32,000 nt of DNA. It comes from Candidatus Methylomirabilis oxygeniifera. GTDB lineage: Bacteria; Methylomirabilota; Methylomirabilia; Methylomirabilales; Methylomirabilaceae. The stretch lies in contig FP565575.1 of assembly GCA_000091165.1 (NCBI GenBank), positions 540,001 through 572,000 on the forward strand, given 5' to 3'. The notes beneath the pieces are model-generated. The model did no database searches, was not told where the DNA came from, and was given only the letters and a program-made list of their open reading frames with translations. Numbering within the stretch: the first letter of the stretch is position 1; each line of letters begins with the position of its first letter. The translations under genes were made by a program, and so were the position numbers. Shown here in pieces: positions 17,542 through 27,522 of the stretch.

Positions 17542-17889
17542 ATGAGTAACTTTGATACGACCATTGCCAAAATCCGTGCGTTTCGAGACGCACGCGATTG
17601 GATGCAGTTCCATAATCCCAAGAACCTCGCAATTTCCATTAATCTGGAATCGGCGGAGCTACTTGAGCATTTCCAGTGGAAGTCGATGGAGGAAAGCGAG
17701 GCGCACGCGAGAGCGGCGCGCGAAGAGATTGCAGAGGAAATAGCGGATGTCGCAATCTACCTGTTTGAGTTGGCTGATAATCTTGAAATCGATCTGCTCT
17801 CCAGTGTTGATGCGAAACTCGCCAAGAACGAAAGCAAATACCCTGTCGCGAAAGCCAAGGGTTCGGCAGCAAAATACAATCAACTCTAA
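17542..17889 (+). CDS. MazG-like nucleotide pyrophosphohydrolase (dCTPase-like)
   Basis: FRDARDWMQFHNPKNLAISINLESAELLEHFQWKS...EEIAEEIADVAIYLFELADNLEIDLLSSVDAKLAKNESKYPV. Confidence 0.93.
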   Translation: MSNFDTTIAKIRAFRDARDWMQFHNPKNLAISINLESAELLEHFQWKSMEESEAHARAAREEIAEEIADVAIYLFELADNLEIDLLSSVDAKLAKNESKYPVAKAKGSAAKYNQL

Positions 17890-17912
17890 GCCATGAACAT
17901 TCTGGAAAATAG

Positions 17913-17934
17913 GAAAATAGGGACAGCGACCATT
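17913..17934 (+). repeat. 22-bp exact direct repeat, copy 1
   Basis: gaaaatagggacagcgaccatt, identical at 20882..20903. Confidence 0.9.
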
Positions 17935-18207
17935 AAAAATGAGAAACTATAAGAACGCCGAACGTAAAAATCAGATGCTACGATTTTTGACGATAGGAAG
18001 CATTAGAGGGGTCTCAAGACAAAGACAGTCATCACGCATTGTGGAACAAAGGCGCGCAGGAGCGGTCTGTCTGCATGGTGCTCAACAATACCCTCGTACC
18101 GGGTGACTCGACCAACAGATGAGCGGAGTTCTCAAAAGAGCGACCCACGATCCACCGTCCTTCCCCACTCGCATCGTCATCTCCTGTGTTTCGATGCACA
18201 ATATCCC

Positions 18208-18237
18208 TTGACACGCAAAAAACAGCCCTCCTATACT
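18208..18237 (+). promoter_or_regulatory. Sigma70-like promoter for the exeA-gspB pair
   Basis: TTGACA (18208-18213), 18-nt spacer, TATACT (18232-18237). Confidence 0.55.
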
Positions 18238-18275
18238 TCCAGCCAGCGAAAGCAATGCCTTATCACATTGATGAT

Positions 18276-18299
18276 CAGTTGTCAGCTATCAGCAAGCTG
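18276..18299 (+). repeat. Short heptad-phased repeat
   Basis: CAGTTGT CAGCTAT CAGCAAG CTG. Confidence 0.5.
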
Positions 18300-18439
18300 A
18301 ATAATGAGGGATGGTCGGGCGGCGGCTCCGACGGCGTAACGCTGTCGTTGTGCGCCGAAGACGGCCGGCGACATCCTCTCCGATTCTCGCGGCGGAAGGT
18401 GTCGGAAGGGCAGAGCGCAGCCCCCGTCCGCGTTACGTG

Positions 18440-20035
18440 ATGTATACGACGTTTTTCGGCCTCACCGAGGCCCCGTTCTCCATGACGCCCGATCCGCGCT
18501 ATCTCTATATGAGCGAGCGCCACCGTGACGCCTTGGCACACCTTCTCTACGGGGTCGGAGAAGGCGGCGGATTTGTGCAGCTCACCGGTGAGGTCGGAAC
18601 CGGGAAGACGACACTCTGTCGGTGTCTGCTGGAGCAACTGCCGCCCCGCGTGGACGTGGCGCTCATCCTCAATCCGCGGCTTACGGATATCGAGCTGCTC
18701 GCCGCGGTGTGCGATGAGCTCCGCATCCCGTATCCCGCCGGCACTACCAGCGGGAAGCCTTTTGTTGACGCGCTGTACCGACATCTGCTCGATGCGCACG
18801 CGCAGGGACGTCGCACGGTGCTCATCATCGACGAGGCGCAGGACCTCGCCGCCGAGGTCCTGGAGCAGATCCGACTGCTGACGAATCTCGAGACCCCAAC
18901 CCGGAAATTGTTACAGATTATCCTCATCGGCCAGCCGGAACTGATTCGGCTGCTCAACAGGGAAGAGCTCCGGCAATTGGCCCAGCGGATCACCGCGCGC
19001 TATCACCTGCTGGCGTTCTCCGAGGACGACACGCGAGCCTATATCGTTCATCGACTCCAGATCGCCGGCCAGAAGAAAGAGATCTTCACTGATGCGGCGA
19101 TACGCGCAGCGCATGAGTCGGCGCGCGGCATCCCGCGGCTGATCAACGCCATCTGCGACCGCGCGCTGCTCGGGGCCTATACGCAAGACCAGCATTGCGT
19201 GACGGCCGGCACGGTACGCCGCGCGGCGAGCGAGGTGCTCGGCGAGACGCTGACGCCGCAGCTCGTGCGTCGAGGGCGGTGGGCGGGTGCGGCGGTGCTC
19301 GTTGCGGTGCTCGTCACCGGCTCCTGGGCGTTCTTCACTCAGGAGCGGGCGCAGTTGATCCGGCGTGCCGTTGGCCCGAGTGCGATGAATTCGACATCGA
19401 GGCCCGGTACGCTCTCGGCGCTCCTTTCAGATCCCTCGCTACGGGCCGACAGGAAGTCGGCGTTTGCCGGCCTCTATGCGAGTTGGCGCCTTAATGTCGA
19501 CGGCTCCATGGACAACCTCGGCTGCGAGCGCGGTCGCTCCGACGGACTTCAGTGTCTCTTTAAGACGGGTACGTGGGGCAAGCTCCGTCGATTCAACCTG
19601 CCGGCCATCATCGAGCTGTCGACGCCGGCGGGAGATCGTCGGTACGCCACGGTGGTGGCCCTGGACGAGCAGAACGCGACTCTCGACTTCGGGGGGCGGC
19701 GGCACATGTTCCCGCTGGGCGAGATCGACCGCTACTGGGATGGTCCGTTTATTCTCCTCTGGAAGGCGCCGGAGTTGAGCTCGGTTCCCATCAGGCCGGG
19801 CGCGCGCGGCAAGGACGTAGAGTGGCTGCGAGAGCGGTTCGCCGAGTTCGACGGCGTTCCCGGCGGAGGACGGGATCGCCAGGTCTTCGACAACGACCTC
19901 CGTACCCGGGTGATCGCCTTCCAGCGTAGTCGGTCGCTCACGGCCGACGGAGTCGTCGGAAAGGAGACGCTGACCCATTTGAGCGCCGCGCAGCGCGATC
20001 CGAAGGTACCTCGCCTCCGGCGTGAAGGCTCGTAG
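18440..20035 (+). CDS. ExeA/GspA-family AAA ATPase with C-terminal peptidoglycan-binding domain
   Basis: MYTTFFGLTEAPFSMTPDPRYLYMSERHRDALAHLLYG, LTGEVGTGKTT, VLIIDEAQDL, C-terminal VIAFQRSRSLTADGVVGKETLTHL. Confidence 0.93.
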   Translation: MYTTFFGLTEAPFSMTPDPRYLYMSERHRDALAHLLYGVGEGGGFVQLTGEVGTGKTTLCRCLLEQLPPRVDVALILNPRLTDIELLAAVCDELRIPYPAGTTSGKPFVDALYRHLLDAHAQGRRTVLIIDEAQDLAAEVLEQIRLLTNLETPTRKLLQIILIGQPELIRLLNREELRQLAQRITARYHLLAFSEDDTRAYIVHRLQIAGQKKEIFTDAAIRAAHESARGIPRLINAICDRALLGAYTQDQHCVTAGTVRRAASEVLGETLTPQLVRRGRWAGAAVLVAVLVTGSWAFFTQERAQLIRRAVGPSAMNSTSRPGTLSALLSDPSLRADRKSAFAGLYASWRLNVDGSMDNLGCERGRSDGLQCLFKTGTWGKLRRFNLPAIIELSTPAGDRRYATVVALDEQNATLDFGGRRHMFPLGEIDRYWDGPFILLWKAPELSSVPIRPGARGKDVEWLRERFAEFDGVPGGGRDRQVFDNDLRTRVIAFQRSRSLTADGVVGKETLTHLSAAQRDPKVPRLRREGS

Positions 20036-20042
20036 GCCGCAC

Positions 20043-20855
20043 ATGTCCTTTATCCTCGACGCATTGAAAAAGGCCGAGCGGGACCGACACTTGGCAGCCG
20101 TTTCCACGCCGGCAACCGTCCACCGGACGCCGGCGCCTCCTTTACGGCGCCGACGCCTCTGGCCGTGGATTGCGGGTGTGGTGATCGTTGTGAACGTGGG
20201 CGTCTGGTTGTGGCTACTGCGCCCGGCGCCGTCCGTCCCTGACGGAGCGACGGTGAGCGTGACTTGGGAACTCCCGACGTCCCCGGTACCAGCGGCGCCG
20301 GAGCAAGCCGCGCGGGCGCGTCCCGTCGAGTCCGTCGCCACACCGGATGCGCCGGACAGGGCAGCGGTTGTCGTGGCGCCGTCGCAAGCCCCACCCTTTG
20401 CCGCGAGGAGCGCGTCCCCCGTGCCCCTGTCGCGACTGGAGCAACATCCTGACGCGGCCCCACGGGCCGAGATGAAGCCGGCGCACGTGACATCCTCCGG
20501 AGTGGCCGCCCCGAGGTCCGACTCGCTTCCAAAGCCTGAGACCGCGCCGGAGAAGTCTCCGGCTCCTGCAGTGGACCCGGCTCCTGTGAAGCCCCTGGAG
20601 CGAGACCCGGCAACACCGCCGGCGTCTCAAGAACCGCCGGTCTCTCAGGAGGTCTTCGCGAAGCTGCACCTCCAGGTTCACGTCTATTCCGAGGTCCCCG
20701 CACAGCGCTGGGTCTTCATCAACAACCAAAAGTACGTCGAAGGCCAGCGGATCGACGCCAACCTTGTGGTCGAGAGCATCACGTCCGACGGAGTCTTCGT
20801 GAGCTACCAGGGCAAGCGGGCATTGCTCCGAACCGATCAGTCCGCCTCTCGCTGA
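20043..20855 (+). CDS. GspB/ExeB-like general secretion pathway protein
   Basis: MSFILDALKKAERDRH, one TM segment, Pro/Ala-rich linker, C-terminal KLHLQVHVYSEVPAQRWVFINNQKYVEGQRI. Confidence 0.88.
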   Translation: MSFILDALKKAERDRHLAAVSTPATVHRTPAPPLRRRRLWPWIAGVVIVVNVGVWLWLLRPAPSVPDGATVSVTWELPTSPVPAAPEQAARARPVESVATPDAPDRAAVVVAPSQAPPFAARSASPVPLSRLEQHPDAAPRAEMKPAHVTSSGVAAPRSDSLPKPETAPEKSPAPAVDPAPVKPLERDPATPPASQEPPVSQEVFAKLHLQVHVYSEVPAQRWVFINNQKYVEGQRIDANLVVESITSDGVFVSYQGKRALLRTDQSASR

Positions 20856-20881
20856 CGAGCGCGAAGAGGTTTCGTCTCTGA

Positions 20882-20903
20882 GAAAATAGGGACAGCGACC
20901 ATT
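20882..20903 (+). repeat. 22-bp exact direct repeat, copy 2
   Basis: gaaaatagggacagcgaccatt. Confidence 0.9.
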
Positions 20904-20929
20904 TATTACTCAGAGCAAAAATCGCCTGT

Positions 20930-21010
20930 CTCCCCCTTTAGCAAAGGGGGGGGAAGGGGGGTTTTGAACGATCGAGAAAACCCCCCGAATCTCCCTTTTT
21001 CAAGGGGGAA
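20930..21010 (+). repeat. G-run/C-run dispersed intergenic element
   Basis: ctcccccttta-gcaaagggggggg ... aaaaccccccgaatctccctttttcaaggggg. Confidence 0.7.
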
Positions 21011-21183
21011 GTTGCTGGAGATATAGTGCAAGAGTGCAATCCGGTGAATGCTCTCCGCAATAAGGGTGATATAGGAAGAGTGTAGCAACCGGGAACATCG
21101 GGGACAGAACAGACCGGCAACGTAGGTGACATCGGTCGTCAGATAGAGCAGATGTGGGGTCGGCCGAGGAAGGAGTGGTTGCA

Positions 21184-21483
21184 ATGCGAGATCAAGCGGT
21201 GCGGGTAGTTGCCCACGTCGTTGCCCGTTTTGGGAAGGTGGAGGAACTCCGGGCTGTGTTGCAGGGCCTGGTCGAGCCGACGCGTAGGGAGCAGGGGTGT
21301 GTGACCTACGAACTACTCCAGAACAAGACGGATCCAACCGATTTCACGTTTGTGGAGGAGTGGCGCAGTGAGGCGGATCTTGATGCGCACTTGCAGTCGC
21401 CACATTTAAGACAAGCTCGTTTCAGGTTACCCGAGCTGTCCGTAACCGATCCGGACATTCGCCGGTATACCGTCGTTGGATAG
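21184..21483 (+). CDS. Antibiotic biosynthesis monooxygenase (ABM)-domain protein, putative quinol monooxygenase
   Basis: VRVVAHVVARFGKVEELRAVLQGLVEPTRREQGCVTYELLQNKTDPTDFTFVEEWRSEADLDAHLQSPHL. Confidence 0.88.
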   Translation: MRDQAVRVVAHVVARFGKVEELRAVLQGLVEPTRREQGCVTYELLQNKTDPTDFTFVEEWRSEADLDAHLQSPHLRQARFRLPELSVTDPDIRRYTVVG

Positions 21484-21756
21484 CGATTGAGTCGATGGGT
21501 TGCCTGTCGAGCGGTGTTTTGTTAATATCCGTTTCGATGAGTTGAGTCGATTTCGAAATGAATTAGCCCACAGCAAGCTGCGGAATATTACCCGCTTTTC
21601 TGGCCCGTCATTCCATGCGCGACACGGAATCCAGTCGGGCCCTCTGGATACCGGCTCCCGCCGGTATGACGTACTCGCGGTAAGCCGCGGGGAATGAACC
21701 CCTGTCGATTCAACTATTAGAGATAGAGAACAACTTCCCGTTGAAGGGTGGAATGA

Positions 21757-24573
21757 ATGACAGAACCTGAAGTATCACGCGCGAAGAAGGCCGGATACGA
21801 TCCGCACGGGATTGAAGAGCGCTGGGCCAAGGTCTGGGAGGCAGCCGGATCGAGCCACGTTGACGAGTCCTTGCCGAGGCCGCCGTATGCCATCGTCATC
21901 CCGCCGCCCAATATCACGGGCTTCCTGCATATCGGCCACGCGATGAATAACACGCTCCAGGATATCCTGATTCGATGGCGGCGGATGCAAGGGTATAACG
22001 CGCTCTGGCTGCCCGGCACCGACCATGCGGGCATCGCAACCCAAAACGTCGTCGAGCGACAACTCCAGGGAGAGGGCCGTCGGCGCGAAGATCTTGGCCG
22101 CACCGGTTTCGTGGACCGGGTCTGGCGCTGGAAGGCGGAGTCCGGCGGGACGATTATCCGCCAGCTCAAGCGGCTGGGTGCCTCCTGCGACTGGGAACGG
22201 GAATGTTTCACTATGGATGAGGACCGCCAGGAGGCGGTCCGCGAGGTGTTCGTGCGGCTGTACGACGAGGGGCTGATCTACCGAGGCGAGCGGCTGATCA
22301 ACTGGTGCCCACGATGCCAAACGGCGCTGTCAGATATCGAGGTGGAGTACGAAGATACGCAGGGGTCGCTCTACCATATCAGGTATCCCATGGCGGATGA
22401 CTCTGGAACTACACTTATCGTGGCCACCACAAGGCCTGAGACGATGCTGGGAGACACCGCCGTTGCTGTCCACCCGGATGACGCGCGATACAATCGATTG
22501 ATTGGCCGTCAGGTAAGGCTTCCACTTACCGGGCGGACCATCCCGGTGGTGGGCGATCCGATTCTGGTGGATCGGGAGTTCGGCACCGGTGCCGTGAAGA
22601 TTACGCCGGCGCACGACTTCAACGACTTTGAGGCAGGGGAGCGACACGGCCTGCCACGGATTGCCCTTTTCGATCGGGAGGGCAGGATCGCGGTCACAGC
22701 GGCACTAAATAATGCGCAAATAGATCCTTCGCTTTTTGATGAGATCGTATCGCAACCGGTTGCGGTTGCCCGTGAAAAAGTACTGGATCGGTTGCGTCAG
22801 GAAGGATTGTTGGAGAAGGTGGATCCGCACCTGCATGCGCTGGGGAAGTGCTATCGCTGTAGGAGCGTGGTGGAGCCGTTCCTCTCGACGCAATGGTTCG
22901 TGAAGGTGAAGCCGCTGGCGGAACCGGCCATCCGGGCGGTGGAGGAGGGGAAGACTAGGTTTGTTCCGGAGCATTGGGAGAACACCTACTTTTCCTGGAT
23001 GCGGAACATCAAAGACTGGTGCATCTCGCGTCAACTTTGGTGGGGACACCAGATCCCGGCCTGGTACTGTAAGGGATGTGACAAGGGTAACATCTTGAGG
23101 GGACGGATAGAGGTAGGGGTTGGGACTCGCCCCCCCACATCTTCAGATGAGGCGTTCGTTTTTATCGCCCCTGAAGCGCAGCCGATTGTTTCGGCAGAAC
23201 GACCTGCCGGTTGCCCCCGATGCGGTCATCACGAGTTGGTTCAGGACCCCGATGTCCTTGATACCTGGTTCTCGTCGGCTCTCTGGCCTTTCTCGACTAT
23301 GGGATGGCCGGAGCAGACCGAGCTGCTCCGACGGTTCTATCCGACCTCGACCCTGGTCACCAGCTTCGACATCATTTTCTTCTGGGTCGCCAGGATGATG
23401 ATGATGGGTCTCAAGTTCATGGGAGATGTCCCGTTCAGGGAGGTCTATATCCATGCACTCGTGCGCGATGCTGAAGGGCAGAAGATGTCGAAGTCGAAGG
23501 GGAACGTCATCGACCCCCTCGAAATTATCGACAGATATGGCGCCGATGCGTTCCGATTCACGCTGGCCGCACTGGCGGCCCAGGGCCGTGACATCCGGCT
23601 CTCCGAGGAACGGATCGAGGGGTATCGGCATTTTTGTAATAAACTGTGGAACGCCCATCAGTTCCTCAACCGATACCTGCCGCTTCTCGAAGGTCCCCTT
23701 CCGCCCGTGAATTCTCTCTCCCTCGATCTGACGGATCGGTGGCTGCTCCATCGCCTGCACGCGCTCATCGGGTCGGTCACAAAAGCGTTGGAAGAGTATC
23801 GATTCAACGAGGCGGCGTCAGCCCTCTACCAGTTCGTCTGGCACGAGTACTGCGACTGGTATTTGGAGATTGTGAAGTCTCGCCTTACCTCGGAGTCAAG
23901 CCTGGAGCAGCGGCGAACGGGAGTTGCCTTACTGTGCCTGGGGCTGGATACTGCATTACGCCTGCTGCACCCGTTTATGCCGTTTATTACCGAAGAGATT
24001 TGGCAGCAATTGCCGCAGCATGGGACCAGCCTGATGGTCGCCGAGTGGCCGAAGGCGGACCCTGGCTGGCAGGATGCGAATGCCGAAGTATCGATGGGCT
24101 TTTTGATGGATCTGACGCGGGCGACCCGCGACCTGCGCTCTGACCTGGAGTTTCCCCCTTCGAAGTCGATCCGGCTTGTGCTGCGGACCTCTTCTGATAC
24201 CGACGATAGGGCGATAGACGCGGTCCTGCCGTACCTCGCCGTGCTCACGCGCGCAGAGCACGTCGCCTTCGGTCAGCACCTGGATCGACCTTCACCGGCC
24301 GCCGTGGCGTTGGTGGGTAGTATTGAGGTGCATCTACCGGTGGACGACCTGTCGGTCTTTGCAGCCAGGCAGCAGAAGCTGCGGCGTGAGCTGGACAAGG
24401 TGGAGCAGGAGCTGGCGAGGGTAGATAAGAAACTCTGTAACGCCGACTTTATGTCGAAGGCGCCTGATGAGGTAGTGAGCAAGGTGAAGGACGAGCATAC
24501 CAGGCTCATGGATACCAAGACGAAACTGCTTCAACATCTCGAACGCATCGAACATCTCTTGCGACCTGTTTGA
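21757..24573 (+). CDS. valS: Valyl-tRNA synthetase
   Basis: IPPPNITGFLHIGHAMNNTLQDILIRWRRMQGYNALWLPGTDHAGIATQ, KMSKSKGNVIDPLEII. Confidence 0.98.
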   Translation: MTEPEVSRAKKAGYDPHGIEERWAKVWEAAGSSHVDESLPRPPYAIVIPPPNITGFLHIGHAMNNTLQDILIRWRRMQGYNALWLPGTDHAGIATQNVVERQLQGEGRRREDLGRTGFVDRVWRWKAESGGTIIRQLKRLGASCDWERECFTMDEDRQEAVREVFVRLYDEGLIYRGERLINWCPRCQTALSDIEVEYEDTQGSLYHIRYPMADDSGTTLIVATTRPETMLGDTAVAVHPDDARYNRLIGRQVRLPLTGRTIPVVGDPILVDREFGTGAVKITPAHDFNDFEAGERHGLPRIALFDREGRIAVTAALNNAQIDPSLFDEIVSQPVAVAREKVLDRLRQEGLLEKVDPHLHALGKCYRCRSVVEPFLSTQWFVKVKPLAEPAIRAVEEGKTRFVPEHWENTYFSWMRNIKDWCISRQLWWGHQIPAWYCKGCDKGNILRGRIEVGVGTRPPTSSDEAFVFIAPEAQPIVSAERPAGCPRCGHHELVQDPDVLDTWFSSALWPFSTMGWPEQTELLRRFYPTSTLVTSFDIIFFWVARMMMMGLKFMGDVPFREVYIHALVRDAEGQKMSKSKGNVIDPLEIIDRYGADAFRFTLAALAAQGRDIRLSEERIEGYRHFCNKLWNAHQFLNRYLPLLEGPLPPVNSLSLDLTDRWLLHRLHALIGSVTKALEEYRFNEAASALYQFVWHEYCDWYLEIVKSRLTSESSLEQRRTGVALLCLGLDTALRLLHPFMPFITEEIWQQLPQHGTSLMVAEWPKADPGWQDANAEVSMGFLMDLTRATRDLRSDLEFPPSKSIRLVLRTSSDTDDRAIDAVLPYLAVLTRAEHVAFGQHLDRPSPAAVALVGSIEVHLPVDDLSVFAARQQKLRRELDKVEQELARVDKKLCNADFMSKAPDEVVSKVKDEHTRLMDTKTKLLQHLERIEHLLRPV

Positions 24574-24586
24574 CGTAGACAGATAG

Positions 24587-24607
24587 GGCATGAGGCGCGA
24601 GGCGACT
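24587..24607 (+). repeat. Short heptad-phased repeat abutting the birA start
   Basis: GGCATGA GGCGCGA GGCGACT ATG. Confidence 0.45.
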
Positions 24608-25420
24608 ATGACAGGTCCTCAGGAACTCTTGGCACCGTTAAATGAGGTGGAGATTCGGGTTGGCCTGGTTACGAGGCGGATCGGGACTACGGTCCACCTG
24701 TTCCAGGAGGTTGAGTCGACGAACGATGAAGCGGCAGCACTGGCCGACCGTGGTGAGGCGGAGGGGGCGATTGTCATCGCGGAAAGGCAGCGGCGTGGGC
24801 GCGGTCGGATGGGTCGCCGATGGGAATCGCCGAGGGGGCTGGGGCTCTACCTTTCTGTCATCCTGAGGCCGATGATCCCGCCACAGAGCGCCCCTCTACT
24901 TACCCTCATGGGCGCAGTGGCAGCCGCTGACGCGATAGAACGAACGACTGGGCTTACGACAGCGCTGAAGTGGCCAAACGATCTGATCGTACATGGCCGA
25001 AAGGTGGGGGGTATCCTCGGCGAAATGGCTGCCGATAGCTCCGGCCTCCTTCATGTCATCCTGGGGTTCGGCATCAACGTCAATCAGGCCGAGGCGGACT
25101 TCGATGAAGAACTACGCCGGATCGCCAGTTCGCTCCGCATTGAGGCCGACCGTCCCATAGATCGAACAGCAATGGTGCGGTCATTCTGTGAGAGTCTTGA
25201 CGGTTGGTACGAGCGGTTCTTGTGCGATGGCCCCCTGCCCATTCTTGAGCATGCCCGACGCCGCTGCCTGACCGTAGGTCGGATGGTCATGGCCCGATCC
25301 GGCGATCAGGAGATATCCGGTTTCGCGGTCGAGATGGACGACCTTGGGCGTCTGGTGATCCGCGATGCGCGGGGCGCATTGCATCACCTGGTCGCCGGTG
25401 ATGTCACGCTCGCGGGGTAA
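24608..25420 (+). CDS. birA: Biotin-[acetyl-CoA-carboxylase] ligase
   Basis: ESTNDEAAALADRG...AERQRRGRGRMGRRWESPRGLGLYLS...LKWPNDLIVHGRKVGGILGE. Confidence 0.93.
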   Translation: MTGPQELLAPLNEVEIRVGLVTRRIGTTVHLFQEVESTNDEAAALADRGEAEGAIVIAERQRRGRGRMGRRWESPRGLGLYLSVILRPMIPPQSAPLLTLMGAVAAADAIERTTGLTTALKWPNDLIVHGRKVGGILGEMAADSSGLLHVILGFGINVNQAEADFDEELRRIASSLRIEADRPIDRTAMVRSFCESLDGWYERFLCDGPLPILEHARRRCLTVGRMVMARSGDQEISGFAVEMDDLGRLVIRDARGALHHLVAGDVTLAG

Positions 25421-25426
25421 AGACAG

Positions 25427-26191
25427 ATGCTGCTCGCGTTGGATGTAGGTAACACCAATACGGTCGTCGGGGTATTCGAAGACAAGACGCTCCGGGTACA
25501 TTGGCGGATCAGCACCCGGCGTGACGGGACCGGCGACGAATACGGAATGTTGATCAGTAATCTGTTACACCTTGCCGGATTGGAGCCGGGTCAGATCTCA
25601 GCGCTCATTATCGCCTCGGTGGTTCCGCCGCTTCAGTCATCGCTGGAAGAGATGGCCCATCGTTACTTCCGGATGGCGCCCCTGGTGGTCGGTCTGGGAA
25701 CGAAGACCGGTATGTCGATCCTGTACGACAGCCCACGAGAGGTTGGGGCCGACCGGATCGTCAACGCGGTGGCAGCCTTCGAGACCTACGGCGGCCCGGC
25801 GATTGTGATAGATTTTGGTACGGCTACCACCTTTGACGCCATCTCGGCCAAGGGAGAGTATCTGGGAGGCGTGATCGCGCCCGGTATCGGAATCGCCGCC
25901 GAGGCCCTTTTTGAGCGAACGGCGAAGCTACCGCGGATCGATATCGCCAAGCCGAAATCGGTGGTGGGGAAAACGACGGTGACCAGCATGCAATCCGGGC
26001 TATTCTTCGGTTATCTGGGGCTGGTTGAAGGGATCGTCAGGCGGATGCGTGAAGAGATGGGGGGCGATCCTGTTGTGATCGGCACCGGGGGACTGGCCCA
26101 TCTGATCCTCGCCGAATCACCGGACATCAAGCATGTGGATCCGCTGCTCACGCTGACCGGCCTTCGGATCATCTACGAGCGCAACACATAA
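25427..26191 (+). CDS. coaX: Type III pantothenate kinase
   Basis: MLLALDVGNTNTVVGVFED...GADRIVNAVAAFETYGGPAIVIDFGTATTFDAIS...YLGGVIAPGIG. Confidence 0.97.
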   Translation: MLLALDVGNTNTVVGVFEDKTLRVHWRISTRRDGTGDEYGMLISNLLHLAGLEPGQISALIIASVVPPLQSSLEEMAHRYFRMAPLVVGLGTKTGMSILYDSPREVGADRIVNAVAAFETYGGPAIVIDFGTATTFDAISAKGEYLGGVIAPGIGIAAEALFERTAKLPRIDIAKPKSVVGKTTVTSMQSGLFFGYLGLVEGIVRRMREEMGGDPVVIGTGGLAHLILAESPDIKHVDPLLTLTGLRIIYERNT

Positions 26192-26218
26192 TAAGTAGAG
26201 GCGACCGGTCGGTCGCCT

Positions 26219-26470
26219 CTACGCCTCGCGTTTCGTCCCGCAGTGAGGGCAGGCTGTCCAGTCTTTCTGAAGCGGTTGACGACACTGGCTGCAGACGATG
26301 TCGTTGGGAGGCTCCGTCGTCTCGCCTTTCTTGGGTGCCTCGATTGACTTCTTGAATTCGCGAATCGCTCCACCGAGGGAGCTGCCGATCTGGGGCAATT
26401 TCGCAGCGCCAAACACGACGAGTGCAATCAGTAAGATGATTATCAGTTCCGGCATCCCGAGTCCGAACAT
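26219..26470 (-). CDS. tatA: Sec-independent translocase TatA/E with C-terminal zinc ribbon
   Basis: MFGLGMPELIIILLIALVVFGAAKLPQIGSSLGGAIREFKKSI, then CSQC...CPHC. Confidence 0.92.
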   Translation of the reverse strand: MFGLGMPELIIILLIALVVFGAAKLPQIGSSLGGAIREFKKSIEAPKKGETTEPPNDIVCSQCRQPLQKDWTACPHCGTKREA

Positions 26471-26492
26471 CTACCTCTCCTGTTCTTGCCTT

Positions 26493-26520
26493 TTGAACTT
26501 TGATGTTTCAGTGCTATACT
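26493..26520 (+). promoter_or_regulatory. Sigma70-like promoter for rplM-rpsI
   Basis: TTGAAC (26493-26498), 16-nt spacer, TATACT (26515-26520). Confidence 0.55.
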
Positions 26521-26659
26521 AGCCTATCGGGTTCCGACATACCATGAAAAACAGCGGTGATGCCGAGACGTGGCGATTTTTCCCTTGACAAAGGGTGCCC
26601 AGGTCTTTAGTCTTTAGCGGTTCTGGGACAGCAGTTACCAAGAGGGGGAAGGTTACATC

Positions 26660-27109
26660 ATGAGTAAGACGATTCATTGCGCTATCAGCGAAATCGACAG
26701 GCGGTGGCACCTGATCGATGCGTCGGGACAGGTGCTTGGGCGGCTGGCTACTGAGGTAGCGGGGCTCCTGCGAGGGAAGCATAAGCCGATCTTCAGCCCG
26801 CATATGGACACCGGGGACTTCGTGGTGATTGTAAATGCCGAGCGAGTGGTATTAACAGGTAATAAGCTAAAAGATAAGCTCTACCATCGCCATTCCGGCT
26901 ATCCTGGCGGACTGACAACCACTACGGCTGAGCAGATGTTTAAGAGTCACCCCACGCGGGTGCTGGAGGCTGCGGTTCGGGGGATGTTACCCAGAACGAA
27001 GTTAGGTGATGCGCTGTTTCGTAAACTCAAGGTATATGCGGGCCCCACCCATCCGCATGCGTCACAGCAGCCGATACCATTCGTTAAAACGACCGTTAAG
27101 GAGGGATAA
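26660..27109 (+). CDS. rplM: 50S ribosomal protein L13
   Basis: [46 protein letters not shown]...[12 protein letters not shown]. Confidence 0.98.
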   Translation: MSKTIHCAISEIDRRWHLIDASGQVLGRLATEVAGLLRGKHKPIFSPHMDTGDFVVIVNAERVVLTGNKLKDKLYHRHSGYPGGLTTTTAEQMFKSHPTRVLEAAVRGMLPRTKLGDALFRKLKVYAGPTHPHASQQPIPFVKTTVKEG

Positions 27110-27118
27110 ATTTCAGCT

Positions 27119-27514
27119 ATGGCAGCAGAAGGTGCGTTGTATGGGACTGGGCGGCGAAAGTCGTCCGTAGCCAGGGTGTGGCTGTCGCCCGGTGACGGGA
27201 AGATGACGGTCAACCGGCGGCCTTTACAGGAATATTTCAGCCGCTCGACCAATCAAGCCTTGGCTGTTCAACCTCTGAAGACGGTAGGGGTAGAAGGAAA
27301 GTTCGACCTGCGTGCCAATGTGGGCGGCGGGGGATTGACCGGCCAGGCCGGTGCCGTTCGACTCGGGATCGCCAGGGCCCTCCTGGCTGTAGATGCTTCC
27401 CTGCGGCCGTCGCTTCGAAAGGCGGGGTTCCTGACACGAGACCCTCGAGTGAAGGAGCGAAAGAAATACGGCCAGAAGGGAGCCCGCGCACGGTTCCAAT
27501 TCTCAAAGCGCTAA
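27119..27514 (+). CDS. rpsI: 30S ribosomal protein S9
   Basis: [15 protein letters not shown]...[20 protein letters not shown]...[17 protein letters not shown]. Confidence 0.98.
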   Translation: MAAEGALYGTGRRKSSVARVWLSPGDGKMTVNRRPLQEYFSRSTNQALAVQPLKTVGVEGKFDLRANVGGGGLTGQAGAVRLGIARALLAVDASLRPSLRKAGFLTRDPRVKERKKYGQKGARARFQFSKR

Positions 27515-27522
27515 TTATTAGA

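Noticed and set aside
20050-20703. 217-aa ORF overlapping gspB on the opposite strand
   Set aside because: Low-complexity Arg/Pro/Ala shadow of the Pro/Ala-rich GspB linker.
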